Below, piece after piece: positions 58,035 through 64,000 of a stretch of 64,000 bases of DNA. The number at the start of each line of letters is the position of its first letter. Within the stretch, counting starts at the first letter, position 1. Below the pieces are notes generated by a model. It saw only the letters and a program-made list of their open reading frames with translations. It was not told the origin of the DNA and did not search any database. The position numbers and the translations under genes are program-made. Origin of the DNA: Octopus vulgaris (Eukaryota); NCBI GenBank assembly GCA_951406725.2, contig OX597829.1, positions 36,084,001 to 36,148,000 of the forward strand, given 5' to 3'.

Positions 58035-58039
<5 letters not shown>
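57819..58039. mobile_element. MITE-like foldback
   Basis: aaacaattgctgtgtggaaagtgtttataag / cttataaacaccctccacgctgcaattgttt. Confidence 0.75.
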
Positions 58040-58073
<34 letters not shown>

Positions 58074-58074
<1 letters not shown>

Positions 58075-58275
58075 GGGAAGCTTTATGAAAATAAACAAAA
58101 GACGAAGGCAGGTGGAATACAAACAAACAATTGTATTAGTATGGCGCTCAGGAATATAAATAAAACAAGTCTTTTACGTTTCGAGCCTACGCTCTTCATC
58201 AGAAAGATACACAGAAAAGAAACACGGAGAGAAACAAGGAGAGAAAAAAATGCCTGCAGAAGCTAGCGAATCAAC

Positions 58276-58278
<3 letters not shown>
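58074..58278 (-). mobile_element. Solo PLE pLTR/3' end next to (TA)n, homologous to 35245-35430
   Basis: Shares the colinear blocks gcaggtg/acaggtg, tgtatta..gctcagga, tcttttacg and gagagaaaaa..tagcg with the Neptune-like copy. Confidence 0.75.
58170..58207 (-). ncRNA. Minimal type I hammerhead ribozyme, canonical core
   Basis: Minus strand: tcttt-CTGATGA-a gagc gtag gctc-GAA-ACGT-A-aaaga. Confidence 0.85.
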
Positions 58279-58309
<31 letters not shown>

Positions 58310-58516
58310 AAGCGTTTATTCCTTTGTCATCTCTTTTCTTATTACTGCTTTTCATTCGACTAACGTTTCGTTCAAAAGCCTACTATATTAAGTCCTACAC
58401 CAAGGTATTAGTGTAGTCGTACCTAAGCGAAATAGTAAAACATACGTATATGTGTCTGTGTGTCAGTTTGTGTGTGTGTGTGTGTGTGCATGTGTGTGTG
58501 TGTGCGTGAGTGTGCA

Positions 58517-58561
<45 letters not shown>

Positions 58562-58819
58562 ATCAAGATATCAAGAATAGGGTTGCAGAATTTTCATAAA
58601 AAATGCATAAATACACATACAAGTATCATATATGTAGTATATATATTAAGTTACATATGTGTAAGTTGAAATTATTTTTCTACAACATTAGATTGGCTGG
58701 TATTACTAGAGTCATCTTTCTATTCTTCATTTTCAGATTGATGTGTTTTTGTTTCATAACTGCAAGAAAATTTCAGTTAGTCAAAAGGTTTTTTTAAAAA
58801 TTGACCATACTATATATGC

Positions 58820-58854
<35 letters not shown>

Positions 58855-59924
58855 GTAGAGAGAGAAAGAGAGAGTGTGTGTGTGTGTGTGTTTATTATAT
58901 CTGAGACTATCGTATCTAAATGCCCGTTTCTATGTATATTTTTATGTACACATGTGCGCATCTAGCTAGCTAGGTGGGTAGGTAAGTACGTGTATATGTA
59001 TGTAGAAAGAAGGGAGAGAATGAATGTGTGTGTATATATATATTTAGACAGAGGAGTGAGAGAAATAGAAGTCGGAGTAGAGAAATTCAGTAATAAAATT
59101 CAAGAAAGGTGTGCGATATACAGAAAGAATTATGCATAAAAGAAGTAACAATACAAGATATAAGATAAAAGCAAATATTCTGTAGATTACAGTAAAAAAT
59201 AATAATAAAACGAGCAGGATTAGATATAAAAAGAATTAAGTCAAGCAGCATACAGTGAAGAATGTAAATATAAAAGGTTCAGGAGGTCCCACGCAGAACT
59301 ATTGTAGCTGTGAGATATTTGAGAAAAATGACAACAGAGAAAGTACGCGATTGAAAAGACCACAGTGAGAAAGATTTATATTGATGGACATTTATGCAAA
59401 ATACTTCAGGCAAAATAGATATGTGAGCAATTAATAATTGTTTCTAGCATAAGTACACGGCCTGAAAGTCTGGGTAAGATTTGTCTGATATCAAATAATC
59501 CGGGATCTTTCTGGTACTTTATTTTATTGATTCGTAAGGAAGAATGGCAAATCTGACCTCCGTAGATTTTAAACTCAGAATGCTAAGAGCCGGAAGAAAC
59601 AATACAAACATTTCGGTAGTCTCTCTAACAATCCAATAACAGTTGTTTCTACAACGAACTGTAGAAACTGTTGGGAGGAAAATGTAGCCAATAATTCAAC
59701 TAGTATAGCTGACTGAAACTTTTTCAACGACAGAGAAAAAGGAAGGACAATACTGATGTAGCGTTAATTGAACGGGGAAGAGTGTCGTAACAAGATAAGC
59801 CAGACTTTAGTCCGACGCTCTATGGATAGTATTAGGCTTTTAACAAAAAAAATAATCAAAGAGCCAAGACAGTATTTGGGGAAAAAGGCAGCAAATCATA
59901 TTAATTATATGCATATGTGTGTAG

Positions 59925-60230
59925 TCTTTTATTCTTTTACTTGTTTCAGTTTGACTGCAGTCATGCTGGAGCGCCGCTTGAAGGGTTTTAGTCGAAAAAA
60001 ATTGACGCCAAGACTTATTTCTGAAGCCTATTCCATCGGTCTCTTTTGCCGAACCGCTAAGTTATGAGACCGTAAACTCAACACCACCGATTGTAAAGCG
60101 GTGATATGGGGTGTAAAAACACAGACACAAAGACACAAACACACACACACACACACACGCATATATATATATATATATATATATATACGACGGGATTCCT
60201 TCAGTTTCCGTCTACCAAATCCACTCATAA
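59925..60230 (-). mobile_element. SINE family A (partial)
   Basis: ttttacttgtttcag..ctcttttgccgaaccgctaag..tcagtttccgtctaccaaatccactca. Confidence 0.85.
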
Positions 60231-60248
60231 GGTCGAAGACAGTTCTCC

Positions 60249-60304
<56 letters not shown>

Positions 60305-60412
60305 CTTTGGTGACCCAGTAGGTAATGGTATTTAAGAGTGGTATCAAGACACAAGTAGACGTTTCTAATCTCTGCCAGGAATTACAGGGTGATCATATTA
60401 AACATTTTCATT

Positions 60413-60808
60413 AGGCGCAGTGGTGGATACGTGGTAAGTAGTTTGCTTACCAACCAATATGGTTCTGGGTTCAGTCCCACAGCGTGGCAACTTGGGCCAA
60501 TGTTTTCTACTATAGCCTCGAGTGGATTTGGTAGACGGAAACTGAAAGAAGCCCGTCGTATATGTATATATATATATATATGTGTGTGTGTGCGTGTGCG
60601 TGTGTGTGTTTGTGTGTGTGTGTATGTTTGTGTATCTGTGTGTGTTTGTGGTGGTGTGTTTATGTCCTCGTCACTTAGCCGTTCGGCAAGAGATACCGAT
60701 AGAATAAGTACCACGCTTACAAAGAATAAGTCCCGGGGTCGATTTGGTCGACTAAAGGCGGAGCTCCAGCATGGCTGCAGTCAAATGACTGAAACAGATA
60801 AAAGAAAT
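60413..60808 (+). mobile_element. SINE family A
   Basis: Colinear with 62399-62806. Confidence 0.9.
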
Positions 60809-60836
60809 ATATATGTATACACACACACACACACAC

Positions 60837-60895
<59 letters not shown>

Positions 60896-60949
60896 CACAC
60901 ATATGTGTGTGTGCTAATGTTTCTGTTTATGTTAAGTTATAACCCTTCC

Positions 60950-61120
60950 TCCTTTTGGCACAAAGCCAAAAATTTTGTGGAAGGGTCTAGTGATTACATC
61001 GACTCAAGAACTCAATTGGTTCTTATCTCATCGGTCTTAGAAAGGGACAAAAGCAAAGTCGACTCCGGTGGAATCTGAACTCGGAACGAAACGACATACG
61101 GAATACCGCTAAGCATGTTA
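60950..61120 (-). mobile_element. SINE family B fragment
   Basis: gcaaagtcgactccggtggaatctgaactcggaacg..aataccgctaagcat. Confidence 0.7.
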
Positions 61121-61363
61121 AGTTATAATAAATACAATTTTACATTAAACGGAATGATACAATACATTCTGTATAATACAAATCTATTATTCTTTAAGAA
61201 GAATTGTATTGATAGTGACTTCGAACTAAGCTAAGCAATCGTCTGACAGTTCGATGATGGTTTAGCCGGCCAAAACCATGCTGTCACTATAAATACTAGT
61301 TTTGTTAAATAATTTAACTCACACACACGCACACACACACATAACACACACAAACAAAGGCAC

Positions 61364-61617
61364 ATCCGAGTTACTGATGGCGGTTCATGGGTAGGTGTTA
61401 TCTACTTTGACTTCGCTAAAGCCTTCGATTCTGTGCCACACAAACAACTCATGGCAAAACTCTCTGCAATAGGTGTGAAAGATGATCTCTATAACTGGCT
61501 GAAGTCCTTCATTCTCGATCGGAAAGAGGTAGTTAGGGTTATAGGACATCATTCTTAACACTGCGAAATGACATTTGGTGTAACACAGGGATCCGTTCTT
61601 GGATCCCTACTTTTTTT
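61364..61617 (+). pseudogene. CR1/L2-like LINE reverse transcriptase fragment
   Basis: VIYFDFAKAFDSVPHKQLMAKLSAIGV..WLKSFILDRKEVV..GVTQGSVLGSLLF (one stop). Confidence 0.9.
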
Positions 61618-61749
61618 GTGGAGGGCTTATAAACCCCATTATTAGACTATTTTCCTTAGTCATATGCACGTTGATCGCTATTACATACATACGTACGTAC
61701 ATACATACATACATACATACATACATACATACATACATACATACATACA

Positions 61750-61781
<32 letters not shown>

Positions 61782-62398
61782 CAATCAGTCAATGATGGCT
61801 TGATACCCTTCTGAAATATAATTAAGCTAAATTTTCTATAATGTTATAGAAATTAGCTATTTCAACCTCGTGGTTTCGGGTTTTTTTCATGAGCGGCACT
61901 TTGCAAGAGGATACGTTAAATGGAATTCTGTAGATGCCCGTCGAATGTACATACATGTGTGCATGCGCGTGTATGTGTATGTGTGTGTGTACTTAAATGT
62001 AAGTCACGTTGGAGAAGATGGCATAGTAATGGCAGAGTAAGATATAGTATTTTACAGTTGCCGAAAATTTTCAGAAATCAACGTTGGAACAATACCATGG
62101 TTTTAACTGGTGTAGTAAAAATTTTTGGCAAATAAGCTGATTGGACAATGGGGTTGCCACATTTCAAAGTTGATGGAATCTGTGAGATTAGTTGATTGAC
62201 AATTGGCGCAAATAATACAAACCTTCATAACGAGTGAAATAAAGTTGAACACAGGAAGTGCTTTTGCTTTGATGAAGATGCAAATTTATTATTTCTGCTG
62301 TCGAAGAAACATACAGACACAATTTGAGAAACATAGACGAAGTTAACAATAAAATTAAAAATATAAATCAAACAATATCAGGTATCATATAAACAGAT

Positions 62399-62806
62399 AG
62401 GCGCAGGAGTGGCCGTTTGGTAAGTAGCTTGCTAACCAACCACATGGTTCCGGGTTCAGTCCCACTGCGTGGCATCTTGGGCACGTGTCTTCTGCTATAG
62501 CCCCGGGCCGACCAATGCCTTGTGAGTGGATTTGGTAGACGGAAACTGAAAGAAGCCTGTCGTATATATGTATATATATGTATCTGTGTGTGCGTGTGTG
62601 TTTGTCTCCCTAGCATTGCTTGACAACCGATGCTGGTGTGTTTACGTCCCCGTCACTTAGCGGTTCGGCAAAAGAGATCGATAGAATAAGTACTGGGCTT
62701 ACAAACAATAAGTCCCGGGGTCGATTTGCTCGACTAAAGGCGGTCCTCCAGCATGGCCGCAGTCAAATGACTGAAACAATTAAAAGAGTAAAAGAGTAAA
62801 GAGTAT
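62399..62806 (+). mobile_element. SINE family A, full-length reference copy (tRNA head, internal microsatellite, tail (aaagagta)n)
   Basis: A box gtggccgtttgg, B box ggttcagtccc. More than ten related copies or fragments occur in the window. Confidence 0.9.
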
Positions 62807-63236
62807 AGAACGATATGCATACGTAAGGGAGGGGTGTAAGAAATTGGGAGATATATAATACGAATATGTTAAAGGAACGGGTTGAAACAAGTAGATCTAG
62901 AGATCTAGTGTTGTGTATTTCTGTTGGATGTCATATATGTAAAACGAATACACAGACACAAAATACCTTAGCTAAGTTAACGGACAAAGCAAGGTTTGAA
63001 ATGGTGGGAAAACAATGCATGAAAGCAATTAATGAAAATTAAGAATTCAGAAAATTCAAAATGATGCCATAATTAATATTAAAAAAAAAAACAAAAGGTA
63101 ATATCATGATCGATGAAAAATCATATATGAGAGTAATAGACTTTTCCTTGTCCGCTGAAAATATAACTATGTCATGAGTTTTCCTGTTGATCAAATTTAT
63201 TTCAGCCGGTATTAATGTGTGTATATATATATACAC

Positions 63237-63291
<55 letters not shown>

Positions 63292-64000
63292 CTTTCGTAA
63301 ACAGTCAATTTATCCTTCAAATCCATAGATTTTATAATATTACACTTCCTGCCTTTAAATGATTATTTAAATGATTATTTAAACTTTAAATGATTATTTT
63401 ATCCATTCTCACTTCAACAATTAAAACCATTAAATTTATCAACCCATTCTCATTACATCACTTAAAGCCATTAAAGTTTTCTAGCATAGTTATTCTGAAT
63501 GACGAGTAATTAGCTGAAACTCGTATTTAGTAAAAGTGATGCTCGCGACACCCAGTGTAACAACTCTGGAAATTTCGAATTAATGAGCTAAGTGTAGTAT
63601 CTCAGAATGACCAATGGCATGTATTTGAGCAAGAGAAAACAAATATAGGCTGAACACTTTTAGATATATTTATTCCAAACTATGCTCAACTTCTGAACGA
63701 TAACTTGATGAAGAAGATTCAGAAGTTTTAAGTGGAAATTGTGATAAAGTGTTATTTTATAAATAGATGTACTTCCTGGTGTGTGGTTGAGTAGGATGAT
63801 GCCAAACGAGTACATAACTCAAAAGTAAGTTTTTACTGTTGCTAATTTTTATCTTGTGAAAACAAAAGGGCGTCTAGATCCTTACAAGCTTCGTATCATG
63901 TGTGAACAAGGTTACTGCTTCGAAGTGTACGTATGGATCTCCCCTCTACACTGAAACTAGAGATTCTTTAGTTCTGCATACCCTATAAAAGGAAAACAAC

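Noticed and set aside
63355-63400. Three copies of tttaaatgattat
   Set aside because: Short AT-rich local tandem duplication with no further structure.

Overview
AT-rich eukaryotic intronic or intergenic DNA, saturated with microsatellites ((TA)n, (CA)n, (GATA)n, (TATG)n, (TAA)n, (TTC)n). I could not support any host protein-coding gene, and most ORF-track entries are microsatellite read-throughs. The SINE repertoire and microsatellite load suggest an octopus or other coleoid cephalopod genome (inference, not verified). Recognisable content: at least four tRNA-derived SINE families, three to four 3' ends of R4/Dong-like RLE LINEs sitting in (TAA)n-type tracts, a Tx1/L1-like ORF1 plus APE fragment, a CR1-like RT fragment, two Tc1/mariner transposase relics, several long foldbacks/MITEs, and at least three Penelope-like (PLE) GIY-YIG relics. 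The most notable signal is a dense set of about 10 short, mutually unrelated cassettes, mostly embedded in (TA)n tracts, that each carry a type I hammerhead ribozyme (HHR) fold. Some have canonical cores (45927-45997 +, 58170-58207 -). Others have recurrent variant cores (U3-A8 covariation; C at position 4), and most have palindromic stem III. Several sit in head-to-head inverted arrangements, and one is homologous to the 3' end of a GIY-YIG PLE in this same window. All folds were inferred by eye and none was computed or tested.
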